DNA from: Octopus vulgaris
Lineage: Eukaryota
Length of the DNA: 64,000 nt
Direction of reading: 5' to 3'
NCBI GenBank assembly: GCA_951406725.2
Contig: OX597818.1
Location: forward strand, 16,120,001 to 16,184,000
Shown: one piece after another, positions 13,515-26,572 of the stretch
Layout of the letters: each line of letters begins with the position of its first letter
Numbering within the stretch: the stretch's first letter is position 1
The notes under the pieces: generated by a model
Database searches by the model: none
What the model saw: the letters and a program-made list of their open reading frames with translations, nothing else
Told to the model about the DNA's origin: nothing
Position numbers and translations under genes: made by a program

Positions 13515-13724
13515 ATATAATTAGTGAATGGAAGAAATGGAGTTGAACGAAGATTGTACAGAATTCCTTTTATTACATTCTACACATGTTTCAAAGGCCA
13601 CAAAGCTGCAATATGGTATCCTTATTTAATCAGAATTTAGAAAATTGTGGCCTTTGAAACATGTGTAGAATGTAATAAAAGGAATTCTGTACAATCTTCG
13701 TTCAACTCCATTTCTTCCATTCAC

Positions 13725-13733
<9 letters not shown>
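13515..13733. repeat. Perfect 89-bp inverted repeat with 41-nt spacer
   Basis: 13515-13603 is the reverse complement of 13645-13733. Confidence 0.92.
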
Positions 13734-13763
<30 letters not shown>

Positions 13764-13776
13764 TTAATTATATATA

Positions 13777-13984
13777 TAGTAATCCCTCGACTATCGCGGG
13801 TGTTACATTTCAAAAACTCCCACAGAAATAATTAAGATTTAAAAAAAAACATAAATACCTATCGGCCGAAGAAACCCATGATATACTGAGGATTCCGCGA
13901 TATAAATTTACATATATCAGCCAGAAAAATCCGCGATGTATTGAGTGCGCGATAGGTGAACTGCGATATGGCGAGGGTTTACTA
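13777..13984. mobile_element. Tigger/pogo-type MITE
   Basis: TIRs TAGTAATCCCTCG and CGAGGGTTTACTA within (TA)n. Confidence 0.75.
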
Positions 13985-14025
13985 TATATATATATATATA
14001 TACATACATACATACATACATACAT

Positions 14026-14131
<106 letters not shown>

Positions 14132-14232
14132 ATATATATATATGTATATATATCTGTTTATGTTACTTAATTATCTACATTACTTCATGAGTATAGCCTC
14201 AACCACTAGGATGTCTAGAGAACTCACATGTA

Positions 14233-14323
14233 TTTTAGCTGATGAGTACGGGACACGTTTATATGCTGTAATTTTTGCAACTTTTAATAAAACCTGTCCT
14301 TGTATGAAACGATTGTACTAAAA
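14233..14323 (+). ncRNA. Type I hammerhead ribozyme (Penelope pLTR type)
   Basis: TTTTAG-CTGATGA-GTACGGGACA...TGTCCTTGTAT-GAAA-CGATTG-TA-CTAAAA; intact core, 6-bp stem I; predicted cleavage after 14317. Confidence 0.82.
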
Positions 14324-14466
14324 ACCTATCCATTCTTGTTGCTTCATTCTCGCTTATAATCACCCCACATTACTGTATTGTTAAATCAGTATAGTTTTTT
14401 TTGGTGCATCTAAGTTAGGTACCATATTCAAGTAAATTCATTTAAATTAACTTGAATCTTTATTGC

Positions 14467-14535
<69 letters not shown>

Positions 14536-14569
14536 GTATGTATATATATAATAATGATAATAATAATAA

Positions 14570-16420
14570 ACAGTGCTACACACTCTATGAATAAATGGCA
14601 AACAGTGCTACAGCTCCAAACAAAAGAGAGACTTGTGAAAACCAAAGCCATCCCCATTAGAAGAGGAATATTCCAGGGAGATACGCTCTCTCCACTCCTT
14701 TTCTGCTTGGCACTGTCACCTCTATCGGATATGCTAAACAGAACTGGATGCAGATATAAATGTTACGGCCAAAAGATCAGCCGCCTTTTATATATGGATG
14801 ACCTAAAACTATACACTACAAATGACAAACAGCTGGAAACACTACAGTTTATGGATTTACCAAAGAAATAGATATGAAATTTGGATTAGAGAAATGCGCC
14901 AAAGTAAACCTGAAAAGAGGAAAACTAATTAAGAGTAGCAACATCACACTAGATAAAACCAATGGAATAAAAGAATTAGACCAAAGCCAAACTTACAAAT
15001 ACTTAGGAATCCATGAACTAGATAAGACACAACACACCCAAATGAAAGAGAAAATAAAAAAAGAATATTATAGACGAGTTAGATAAATACTGAAAACAGA
15101 GCTCAATGCTAAAAACAAGATAATAGGTATCAACACTTTAGCCGTCCCAGTTATAAGTTACAGCTACAATATCCTTAACTGGACATTAAATGAACTGTCC
15201 AAAATAGATAGGAAAACAAGAAAAATAATGACAGGATCTAGGATGCATCACCCAAAATCTGACATAGAAAGGCTATATATACAACGTATAGATGGTGGTA
15301 GAGGCCTTATACAGCTAGAAATCTACTATAAAATAACCACCATAAGACTGCAAAAATATCTACTTCAGAAGGAAGGAAAACTGATACAAATAGCGGCAAA
15401 ACACGAGCAAAACAAAAAACTGTTCTCAGTATTTAAGGAAGCTGACAAATACAAACAAGAAATCATACCACCTAACAAATATGAAGAAGAAGAAGAAGAA
15501 GAAGAAGAAACAACAAAAGCTATAAAACAAATGAAATCCAAACTAAAAATAGAAAAGCAACGAACCATGATAAAACGATGGCAAGAAAAGCCCCTTCATG
15601 GCAAATACTGGACTAAACTAAATGCAAAAGAAATAGACAAAGAAAAATCCCAACAATGGTTGAGAAGCTCAGGACTCAAAGCAGAGACAGAAGGATTTTT
15701 AATTGCAGCACAAGACCAAAGCCTCCCAACCAGAAATTACCAAAACATGTAATGAAAAGAAATATAACAAGTAACTGCAGAATATGTGGAGATGGACAAG
15801 AAACAATAAATCATATTATCTCTAGCTGTCCAGTCCTGCCTAAGAAGGAATATATTCACAAGCACGACAGAGTTGGGACCTATATACACTGGGAACTATG
15901 CTAACATTATGGAATAACAACAGAAAAAAGAAGGTCACAGAAAACGAGAAAGGAACCATACTCTGGGATATGCCAATACACACAGATAGAGAAATTAAGG
16001 CCAACAGACCAGATATAGTTGTCAGAGATCACGAAGAAAAAAATGTTTTCTAATTGATGTATCAGTGCCAGCGGATGACAACGTGTCTCTAAAAGAAATG
16101 GAGAAACTCTCAAAATACAAAGACCTGGAAATAGAGGTAACCAGAATGTGGAATCTAAAAGCAGAAACAATTTCTATCATAATAGGTGCATTAAGCATGA
16201 TAAAAAAAATATTCAGACAAATACATAACAAAAACACCAGGACTTACAAACACATATAACATACGGAAAATTGCACTATTAGGCACTGCACACATCCTAC
16301 GCAGAACACTTTCCATACAATAACCATCAAAGCATCACAACAAATCATAGCACATACCCAAGGCACACAGAGCTGCGCTCGGTAGTGAAGTGAAAGCACG
16401 ATATAAAAAATATACTACTG
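14570..16420 (+). mobile_element. 5'-truncated R4/Dong-clade non-LTR retrotransposon (RT + CCHC + restriction-like endonuclease)
   Basis: RGIFQGDTLSPLLF, YMDDLKLY, CRIC..ETINHIISSC, HDRV, RPDI..LIDVSVP..KLSKYKDL; flanked by (AAT)n; several stops. Confidence 0.92.
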
Positions 16421-16452
16421 AATAATAATAATAGTAATAATAATAATAATAT

Positions 16453-16828
16453 TAGGGAATATTTTTCTAAACTTACAGTAATACTAAATCAAATTTCACA
16501 ATATATATGTGTATATAAATTAGAGAAGAACCACCTTTTATCAATTCAGCAATGAACTAACAATGATATAATTAAATTATACCATATAGAAAAAATTAAA
16601 AATACGATAAAACATATACCAATGATTAAGTAAAGTACAGAATAATAAATAAATATTATATAATTGGTAAAAAGACTATTACCAATCATATACTATTTAT
16701 TTATTTTGTACTTTACTTAATTATTGGTATGTTTTTTCGTATATTTAATTTTTTTTCTATATGGTATAATTTAATTATATCATTGTTAGTTCATTGTTGA
16801 ATTGCTACATGGTCGTTCTTCTCTAATT

Positions 16829-16835
<7 letters not shown>
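16453..16835. repeat. AT-rich foldback element (arms about 160 bp), same family as 34340-35120
   Basis: Arms are reverse-complementary around about 16675; shares AATTAGA..CCACCTTTT.ATCAATTCA with 34340. Confidence 0.8.
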
Positions 16836-16876
<41 letters not shown>

Positions 16877-16963
16877 AAAAAATACCGTGGAACCATTGTC
16901 GAAATATGTGAAGAAGGCCGGTGTCATTGAAACTGTCAAACTCAGACAAACTCAGAGGAAAAG

Positions 16964-17049
<86 letters not shown>

Positions 17050-17174
17050 CACATACACACATACAAAGAAACAACATGGAAGGAGAAACAAAAAATCACA
17101 ATGCTGCACAGAACCCAGCAACACGGAGGTGTAGCAGGTGATGCAGTAGAAATTTGCTTCAATCTAGCAGATGT

Positions 17175-17232
<58 letters not shown>

Positions 17233-17239
17233 TAATTCC

Positions 17240-18605
17240 TTAGCAATTCCTCAGCAGTCCCAGTTGTTCTTTATAGCTTCAATGTGCTTAACTGGAATAC
17301 CAGTGAAATAATGAAAATTGACAGAAAAATCCGCAAGCTACTGACTTGTAATAAGATGCACCATCCAAAGGCAGACGTGGATCGTCTTTACCTTCCCAGA
17401 GCTCAGGGAGGACGAGGTTTGATCCAGCTTGAACTTACGTACAAAACCACCACAATCGGACTGGCCAAATACCTTGAAGCAACCAATGATTGGATGCTAA
17501 AATTTGTTGAAAAACATGAAAGACCGAAAAAAACTTCACTCTATTCTGAAAGAGAGTAAAATTTCGCTACTGATCTCTTAGATACCTACCAGATCGATCA
17601 GGCTGAAGGAAATGTGCCAACTGCTGCTGCAAAGAAAATAAAATTGATTGCAAAGACAAAAGCGCGTGAAAAATTAGCTAGCAGATGGGAACAGAAACCT
17701 TTGCATGGCAAGTATGTGGCCCATAGCAAACGAGCTGATGTCGACACACGCACCAATGGTTACGAAGCTCAGGGCTAAAAGCGGAGAGTAAAGGTTTCAT
17801 ATTAGCTGCTCAAGACCAATGCTTATTAACCCGGAACTACCAAGCCAATGTGATAAAAAATGGAGCTGACCCAAAATTCCGATTCTGTAACAATGAGATT
17901 GAAACAATAGACCACCTAATCTCAGGGTGTAGAGTCTTAGCACCTGTGGAATATAAAGCAAGACATGACAGAGTCGGCCAATATTTACACTGGGCAATAT
18001 GTCGGCATTATAAAATCAAAACCGCTGACAAATGGTATAAACACCATCCTGAAGCTGTGACTGAGGGAGAAAATGTGTCGATTCTGTGGGACTTCCCCGT
18101 ACATACCGACAGAACTATAAAAGCTAATAAACCGGATATTATCATAAAAGATCAGACAAAGGGGATGTGTTTGTTAATTGACATGAGTATTCCTTGCGAT
18201 CACAATATAGCGACGAAAGAATTTGACAAGATTAGTAAATATAAGGACTTGCTAATGGAAATTGAAAAAATGTGGCATCTCAGGGTGACTACAGTACAAG
18301 TGATTGCGGGATCTCTAGGAATGATAAAAAAAGGTACTGAAACCTATTTGAAAATGATACCAGGCTTACTATCCCTACAGGAAGTGCAAAAAATCGTGTT
18401 GACTGGAACAGCTCATGTACTGAGAAGAGCATTATCGCTGTGAAAACAACATCCATTCATGAATTTATTTATTCATTAATTTTTTAAATACATATTTTAC
18501 CTGTGAATTTGCGTGTGTAATCTGGGAATGCATACAATGAGCTTCCCTGCCCTAGGTGTACGGAAAACACACGGCGAGAAACGGAAGAAAATTTGAAGAA
18601 GGAAG

Positions 18606-18606
<1 letters not shown>
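17240..18606 (+). mobile_element. 5'-truncated R4/Dong-clade retrotransposon, second subfamily
   Basis: MHHPKADVDRLY, RHDRV, KPDII..LIDMSIP..KYKDL; flanked by (AAT)n. Confidence 0.92.
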
Positions 18607-18638
<32 letters not shown>

Positions 18639-18654
18639 CAATAAAAATAATAAT

Positions 18655-19212
18655 AAATGCCCTGATGCAGTACCAAGCAGTGGCTCTCGTGGCTTCTGAT
18701 CATAACTGATTGGAAGTGTTATCATGTACATTGTTTTGTCTTGGTATAAAATATGGGCTACAGCAAATATTCTGCTCAATACCACAGATTTGCTTGTCAG
18801 TTGTTTGACTTTAACCAGTTGAGCATGTCCCTTAGTATCTAACAATATATGTATCTCTGATCATGAGCAAGAGTAGTGGGAGAGCATCATAGCATAGTGT
18901 TGAGAGGGATATTTTGGGGTTTGAATAATTCACCTCTGGAAACATGGGTGTTTCGTTCAACATCCTTAAACAACCCTTATTCAGGGACCTTTTGAGCAGG
19001 ATGGGTTACTCGACCAGAAGAAAATTCTAACTGGGCCCCACTTGCAAGATCATGTGCGGTTTATCTTGATATGAGGTTACAATGTCGCGCACATATGGTT
19101 GTGATGCATGTGCCTAGTGTACTCTTATCAGGCGGGTAGTCATGATGGGTATACTGGGCTTCGTATATTTTATCCCAGTGTCACTTTGATGGCATGCACT
19201 GCTCTCTCACTC
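18655..19212. repeat. Unclassified interspersed repeat bounded by (AAT)n
   Basis: GC-richer 560-bp block between two AAT arrays with no recognisable ORF. Confidence 0.4.
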
Positions 19213-19262
<50 letters not shown>

Positions 19263-19776
19263 TAATAATAATAATAATAATGGTGGTTTCAAATATTAGC
19301 ACAAACCCAGCAAGTTCGGGGAGAAGCTAAATTGATTTCACCGACCCTTGTGCTTAACTAGTATGATACGCACACACACTCTTGGTCTACAACTTGAAGT
19401 GCTGACGTAAATCTATATGTTCACTTCCTAAAAATGCAATGATGGCACATGTGGCATTCTGTTCCCGTGTTTGCAATAGTCTGTAAAGGATAATGGGAAT
19501 ATTGTTGTAGGTAATGGAGTTGTGAATGCGAGCAACACGTTATTATTATTTTATTCTGATGGTGGACCCGGCAATGCTGGGAAACGATTGTGGATCGTAA
19601 TGATTTGGGAACGCTGTTTTCCAAACTAAACGTATAAGACTAATAAGATAATACGAAAAGTTCTTAAAAAAAAAAAAATTAAGTTCGAACATAACCGTGT
19701 CTTTAATATAGCATTTTTGAAAGGAAAGCTGTTCCTATTGTACACGGTCTAACACACGCACACACACACACACACA

Positions 19777-19810
<34 letters not shown>

Positions 19811-19884
19811 TACTCACACTCGCACACATACATACGCACAGCACACACACACGCTTATATGTATATGTACTCATATACATCAAA

Positions 19885-19931
<47 letters not shown>

Positions 19932-19966
19932 TACATTAGATATATATATATATGTATGTATGTATG

Positions 19967-20004
<38 letters not shown>

Positions 20005-20419
20005 TATATATCAAGTTCAGAAAGAATCAATAGATACACAGTCTGTCCCACAATGGTAGTTAGTAAAGTGTATTCAACAGCTGGTGTGATGTCCCCTCTC
20101 TCCTTCTACTCTAACCAACCTCTCTCTCTCGCTTAATGCTTTCTCGCTCTTCTTTAAACAAGTTTAAAGTGGGTCATTTCCTATTTATTGAACGACCGCT
20201 GTTGCCTTTTCGTTGCAAGGTTGATTGTTTTATCACGAGATAGTACTTTTCCAAGGAGGCCCATGACTTCAGTTCCATAAGACTCCTCTGAAATCTGAAA
20301 AAGAAAACTATGGCCAACCCTTATTTTGTTGTTCAGCCCTACTCATCACTTTCCGGAAGTTTTATAGCTTCAATAATGCCGAGCGGTTTTCATAGAATCG
20401 AATATAATACTCTTACCAA

Positions 20420-20562
20420 AACATATTGGCTGTTCACTGAATCCTTCCCATCCTCATGGTTTCGCGTTCAGTACCGCTGCGTGACACTTTGGGCAAGTGT
20501 CTTCTACTACAGCCTTGATCCGATCAAAACCATGGTAGACGGAAATTGAAAGAAGCCCGTCG

Positions 20563-20618
<56 letters not shown>

Positions 20619-20820
20619 TGTATGTGTGTATGTGTGTGTATGTGTGTGTGTGTGTGTGTGTATGTCTGTGTGTGTGTGTGTGTGTGTGTGTATCTAAGTG
20701 CGTGTGTCTTTGAGTCTGCATTTGTCCCTCCACCCCACCGCTTGACAATCTAGCGGTTCGGCAAAAGAGATCTATTAGATAAGTACTAGGCTTAAAAAGA
20801 ATAAGTCCTTAGGTCGAACA
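20420..20820 (+). mobile_element. tRNA-derived SINE (family A), degenerate
   Basis: GGGCAAGTGTCTTCTACTA...GGTAGACGGAAA.TGAAAGAAGCCCGTCG core. Confidence 0.75.
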
Positions 20821-21411
20821 TTTCAGATTGGTATCTCCCTGAGATACCAGACGAGACAAGATGCTTGCCGTTGTTGCCAGTTCTGCCGTCAGATACATGT
20901 GTATCTATCTGTGGGTCAGCCCGTCCTGGGTAATAAAGAAACTGTGTATCTATCTGTGCCCTTACAATGAGATCTATGAGTTTTTTTCAACAGACGTATT
21001 ACCATTGAACTGAAACTAAATTCACACAGACATTCTTGCAAGTTGTCACGCCTGGCTGTTTATGTTTATTGATTCCATTTCTACATATCTCTTGTTGCTG
21101 ATGTTTGGCGTTGTGTAACAATTTCAGAGTCTCAACTACAGCCGGAGTTGTGTGCGTCGTTGTGAATAATTAAAGCGAGTACCTAACTTCATGCCAACAT
21201 TGAATTTTCTAAGGCGTTTACTTAATTCAAATATTGGAGTTGTGCCCTTTTCGCTAGGGCCTTAATACTGTAAGGAATGAATTTTTTTTGTTGACTTTAA
21301 TACTGAAGAACATTTTCAGTGTGTGTGGTTCTTGCTGTTGTTGTTACCTAAAACAAGAACAACAACACAAGCAGTAGTAGCAGAACTAGTAGTAGTAGTA
21401 GTAGTAGTAGC

Positions 21412-21448
<37 letters not shown>

Positions 21449-21449
21449 T

Positions 21450-21698
21450 AGCGGCAGGCTGGCAGAATAGTTAGCTTAACGGCATTTCGTCTGTCTTTAT
21501 GTTCTGAGTCCGCCGAGGTTGTTTTTACTTTTCATTCTTTCTGGGTCAGTATAATAGGAACCAGTTGTGCACTGGGGTCGATGTAATAGACTTATCCCTT
21601 CCCCCAACAAACTGCTGGCCTTGTGCCAAAGTTTGAAACCAATATTAATAACAATAACAATAATATTGACGATGATGATGATGATGCTACTGATGCTG

Positions 21699-21743
<45 letters not shown>

Positions 21744-23091
21744 GAAGTAGTAGTAGTCGTAATAATTGTTTCAAATTTTGGCACAAGTCCAGCAATTTCA
21801 GTGGGGTGAGGGGTTTGTGGATTAAATCGATCTCAGTAGTTGTCTGGTACTTTACTTTATCGATCCTCGAAAGAATGAAAGGCAAAGATGACTTCGGTAA
21901 AATTTGAACTGAGAACGTAAAGAGGCGGAAAGAATACCTCACACAAAACCTGCAATTTTGAGGGGAGGATGAAAATCGGTTACATTGACCCCAGTGTTCA
22001 TCTAGTACTTTATCTTATCGACCCCCAAAAGGATGAAAGGCAAAATCGACCTCGGTGGAATGTGAACTCAGAGCCGAAACAATAAGATACGAGTGGTAAA
22101 TTTGAAATTTTGTGCGCCTCTAGCGGATTCCCCCTTGCAAACGCTTGAAGACACCCTCCTCTCTCCTTCTTTCCCAACATTTTCGGAGGCTCTCTAAAAG
22201 ATTATGGACACTGTCCTTCACTAATAACTAACAAAAAGAGAAAAAGTCATTACGTTGTTCTTCTTTATAAATAATTACATCTTTACATTTTTGATTTTAT
22301 AAATCCATTGGCTTCGGAAAAGGAGGTGCAAGGGATGCGAGTTCCCCCCACCCCACCTCCACCAAAATCCAAAACTTTTCGGTCCCATGAAAACGCTTGG
22401 TACATTCTCGTGAAAACTTTCACCTCTAAAATAAACAAGCGTAGAAACATTTTTGAACTTTTCCATCATTGGTTTTATCTGATGTACAAATGTAATAGTC
22501 CTTTCTACGATAAGAATAAGGCCAGAAATTTTAGGGGAGATGGATACTCAATTACATCGACTCCAGTACTCAACTGGTATTTATTTTATCGACCATGAAA
22601 GGATGAAAGGCAAAGTCGACCCCGGCGGAATTTGAACTCAGAACGTAAAGGCGGACGAAATGTCGCTAAGCTTTTCGCCCAGCGTCCTAACGATGTACAA
22701 ATTTAATAATCCTTTCTACGATAGGCACACGGCCTGAAATTTGGGGGAAGGAACTAGTCAATTACATCGATCCCAGTATTTGAATGGTACTTAATTTATC
22801 GACTCTGAAGAGATGAAAGACAAAATCGACCTAGGCGGAATTTGAACTTAGAACGTAGTAGCAGGCGAAATACCCATTTCTTTACTACCCACAAGGGGCT
22901 AAACACAGAAGACAAACGGATTAAGTCGATTATATCGACCCCAGTGCGTAACTGGTACTTATTTAATCGACCCCGAAAGGATGAAAGGCAAAGTCGACCT
23001 CGGCGGAATTTGAACTCAGAACGTAGCGGCAGGCGAAATACCGCTAAGCATTTCGTCTGGTGTGCTAACGATTCTGCCAGCTCGCCGCCTT
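21450..23091. mobile_element. Cluster of at least 6 family B SINE copies or fragments, mostly on the - strand
   Basis: Repeated core GATGAAAGGCAAAGTCGACCTCGGCGGAATTTGAACTCAGAACG. Confidence 0.85.
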
Positions 23092-23270
23092 AGATGTACA
23101 AATGTAATAATAATAATAATCATCATTATACGTATGTTTGTTTCGGTATTAAGATTTTTTTAAAAAATCGACCTAGTTAAAAAAAAAAAAATTGGGAGTC
23201 TGGTATACACTTAAGAAAATTTAATTTCTGTGATTATATGTAATTCATAGCATTCCTTTTATTATTACAG

Positions 23271-23339
23271 AAAATGAAAGTAGTGAAACAAGAAACGACC
23301 AGTAGTTTTTATACAGGGGATGCGTACATTGTACTTTCT
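23271..23339 (+). CDS. Gelsolin/villin-family protein, coding exon 2 (KMKVVKQETTSSFYTGDAYIVLS)
   Basis: Acceptor ttattacAG, FYTGDAYIVL motif, donor GTAAGT at 23340, phase 0/0. Confidence 0.93.
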
Positions 23340-23849
23340 GTAAGTATCTCTTAAGATTTTTATACTCATTGTGGGCACATGTATAACAAGTGTTGTATAT
23401 ATATATAGGGCGGCTTTTAAGCTAGCTCATGTGGAAGGCTCTTCATTGGGTCTTGGGCCCAACAATGACACTTCATGCATTAAATACATATTAAATTTTA
23501 TTAAACTTGACCAATATCTTTCAAACAATGAATAATTTTCATCGAAACTATGATATAATATGTCGACTTGAAACTTATTGCAAAGCTACATGATAAACAA
23601 CATGTTTTATCTTCCCATACAATTTCTTTTTTCTGTGTAACTTCTTTCTTTCTCTCTCTTTCTGTTGATTGTTTTCAACCATCACCATCACCAGTACCAC
23701 GACCATCGCCGCCACAACTGCCATACACACACCATTCAGACTTCTGACTCCACCACCATTGTCTTTCACATCACTTACTATCACCATCATCCCTGACCGC
23801 CTCGGTCAGGGCATTTATTATTATTATTATTATATATTTTTTTATTATT

Positions 23850-25108
23850 ATATAAAAAGTAAGCAATGTTTTAAAACAGGAAATTTATCGTAAACTATTT
23901 CAACAATGCGGAAATTTTATTCATCAAAGTAACATTACAATCAGCACAGTTTTGCCAGCTAGTTAAAAGTTTGTTTATTCCAGTAACATAAAAAAAATCT
24001 GGAGTTCTGGAGCCGATGAACGCTTTGGACGCACTTTCGGTTTGATTTTTGAACTCCGACTCTCGCGGGAAACCATCAAGGGGCTTGAAAAAGTGGTAGT
24101 CGGTAGGAGAAAGGTCTGGGAAATAAGCTGGGTGGGAAAGAACTTCGTAACCAAGTTTTCTCAACTTCTGGAGCGTCATTAGTGAAACATGTAGTCGAGC
24201 ATTGTCATGAAGAATGATTGGCCTTCTTCTGTTGATCAGTTTGGGACGGAGGAGTAGCAGTTTTTCGTTCATTTTGACAATTTCATGGCAATACGTTTCT
24301 CCAGTAATGGTTTTTCTGAGTTTTGAGAAGTTTTAGTGGATGAGTCGAGCAATATACCACCAAACATTCACCATAACCTTCTTTCTGAAGAGCTCAGGTT
24401 TAGGGAAGGTTTTCGGTGCTACATTTTGGTCCAACCACTGCGAAGAACGTTTTTTATTATTGTACAGAATCCACATTTCATCGCAAGTTACAATACAGCC
24501 GAGAAATGGATTGGTCTGATTACAGAGAAGCGAGGAGCAAATGTCATATTTGAGCATTTTCTGATTTTCATTCAATTCGTGTAGTACCCATTTGTCGAGC
24601 GTTTTTGATTTTACGATCGCATGCAAATGGTTGAAGGCAGTTTTCTGGCTAACTTGAAGATCTTTTGCAGTTCTCGAGTGGTTTTACGTAGATCTTTCTC
24701 AATGACAGTCTTTAATTGACCGTCATCGATGACAGATGGGCGTCCACTAAGCTCACGATCTTCAAGGTCTCCACTAAGAAATCGTTTAAACCATATTCAA
24801 GCTGCCTACTCACTGGTCATTTCCTCACCAAACGTTTCGTTGATATCGCGAGCAGTTTCATTTGCTTTACGTCCTTTTTTGAAGTTGAATAGCAAAATTG
24901 CTCGAATATCGCGCTTTGACAGTTCCATTTCAGATGATTGTAACAACGACGAAAAAACATCAATGTTAATTTATCGATGCATTTGGGTAAGTCGATGTCT
25001 GTATTATTAGGCAATTACAAAAATATTTAAAAATACTCCAAACTCCGCAAAAGTCCGGTACAAATTCTTCATAGTTCAAAACGTTACTTACTTTTCACTC
25101 AACCTAAT
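23850..25108 (-). mobile_element. Mariner element with decayed DD34D transposase
   Basis: WVLHEL, VTCDEMWILYNN, ILHDNARLH, HPAYFPDLSPTDYHFF; partial TIRs AAAAGTAAG(C/T)AA(T/C)GTTTT. Confidence 0.92.
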
Positions 25109-25235
25109 GTATATCAATCAAAAGAATTATCTACAATCTTATAATAATATAATATAATATAATATAATATAATATAATATAATATAATATAATATAATAT
25201 AATGTAATGATAGAATGTTAAATGTTCATTCTGAT

Positions 25236-25280
25236 TGAACTAGTACTTTCATGCTTTAAACTATGCAATCTTCAGGTTTA
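25236..25280 (-). ncRNA. Minimal type I hammerhead ribozyme, antisense arm copy
   Basis: TAAAC-CTGAAGA-TTGCATAGTTTAAAGCAT-GAAA-GTAC-TA-GTTCA; core intact, mismatches in stems I and II. Confidence 0.7.
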
Positions 25281-25492
25281 TACAGTAGTGGTGGCAGTTA
25301 TGTTTTCCCACCGTGACGCTAAAACCAAGCACCAATCAACTTAAATAGTTTAGTAAAGCCACATACTGATTGGTCAGAATACAGTTTGCAAAACTTAACA
25401 TTCTTGAGCCTATACAAATGTAGTTAAGACACGCATTTCAGCCATCTCACTACAGTTGTAAATTGTAAAACATAACTGTCATCATAATTATA

Positions 25493-25537
25493 TGAACCTG
25501 AAGATTGCATAGTTTAATGCATGAAAGTACTAGTTCA
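25493..25537 (+). ncRNA. Minimal type I hammerhead ribozyme
   Basis: TGAAC-CTGAAGA-tTGCATagtttaATGCAt-GAAA-GTAC-TA-GTTCA; 5-bp stem I, 5-bp stem II, palindromic stem III AGTACT; predicted cleavage after 25532. Confidence 0.82.
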
Positions 25538-25683
25538 ATCAAAATGAATATTTAACATTGTATCATTTCATTACATTATATTATCTTATATTACATTATT
25601 ATAAGATTGTAAATAAAACGTGAAAATCAAAGTTGGAAATTCCATTGATTAATATATTCTTCTATACACAATTATACAAACCC

Positions 25684-25722
<39 letters not shown>

Positions 25723-25784
25723 CAAACATGGCTACATACAAGCGCATACATAAATATATACATGCATACATACATACATACATG

Positions 25785-25839
<55 letters not shown>

Positions 25840-26510
25840 CTATACACATACATATAAATATATAATTATGAATATAATGCAATCTTTTATAGATATTAAT
25901 ATCAATATGTACATTTCCACGTGTATTTTACGTGTATTTTTAATATGTTTGTTACATTACATTATAATACCTCCTACGCTTAGTATTGACTGTTTTGTGT
26001 TCTACAACATAAATATATATATAGGTCAATGTATTAGCAAATATTCATACTAATCTCTATCTCTCAATAGTGCACATTTTGAAGTATAGAACCAATTATA
26101 CATACATACATACATACATGCATACATACATACAAACATGCATACATACATACATACATACATACATACATACATACATACATACATACATACACATACA
26201 TTCTTACATACATACATAGTTGAATAGAATTACACCCCTACTTTTTGATGTTACGGAACAACGCAGCTGCATATACTGTAGGCGCAGTTACCCCACTTGA
26301 CAGCGGGTTTAAACAAACTAGCACTAGATGGCGTTAGACTGTGAGATTTTGGCTCGAGCTCTTACAACTACCTCTTTCTGCATCGAGACGCGAGACTGTG
26401 AATATGTAACCTAACTGGCTATCTCTCACACTACACGCCAGTAGCAGATAGGAGCTAACGCACAGAAGACCATGGCCTCCACGCATCAAACCATTTTCAT
26501 TTATCATTCA

Positions 26511-26572
<62 letters not shown>

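Larger units (their letters stand above)
25131..25612. repeat. Foldback element with one hammerhead in each arm
   Basis: 25131-25306 is the reverse complement of 25467-25612, with mismatches. Confidence 0.88.

Noticed and set aside
21765-23091. Regularly repeated conserved core with variable intervening sequence, superficially CRISPR-like
   Set aside because: Units are 150-230 bp SINE copies found throughout the window; eukaryotic context and no cas genes.
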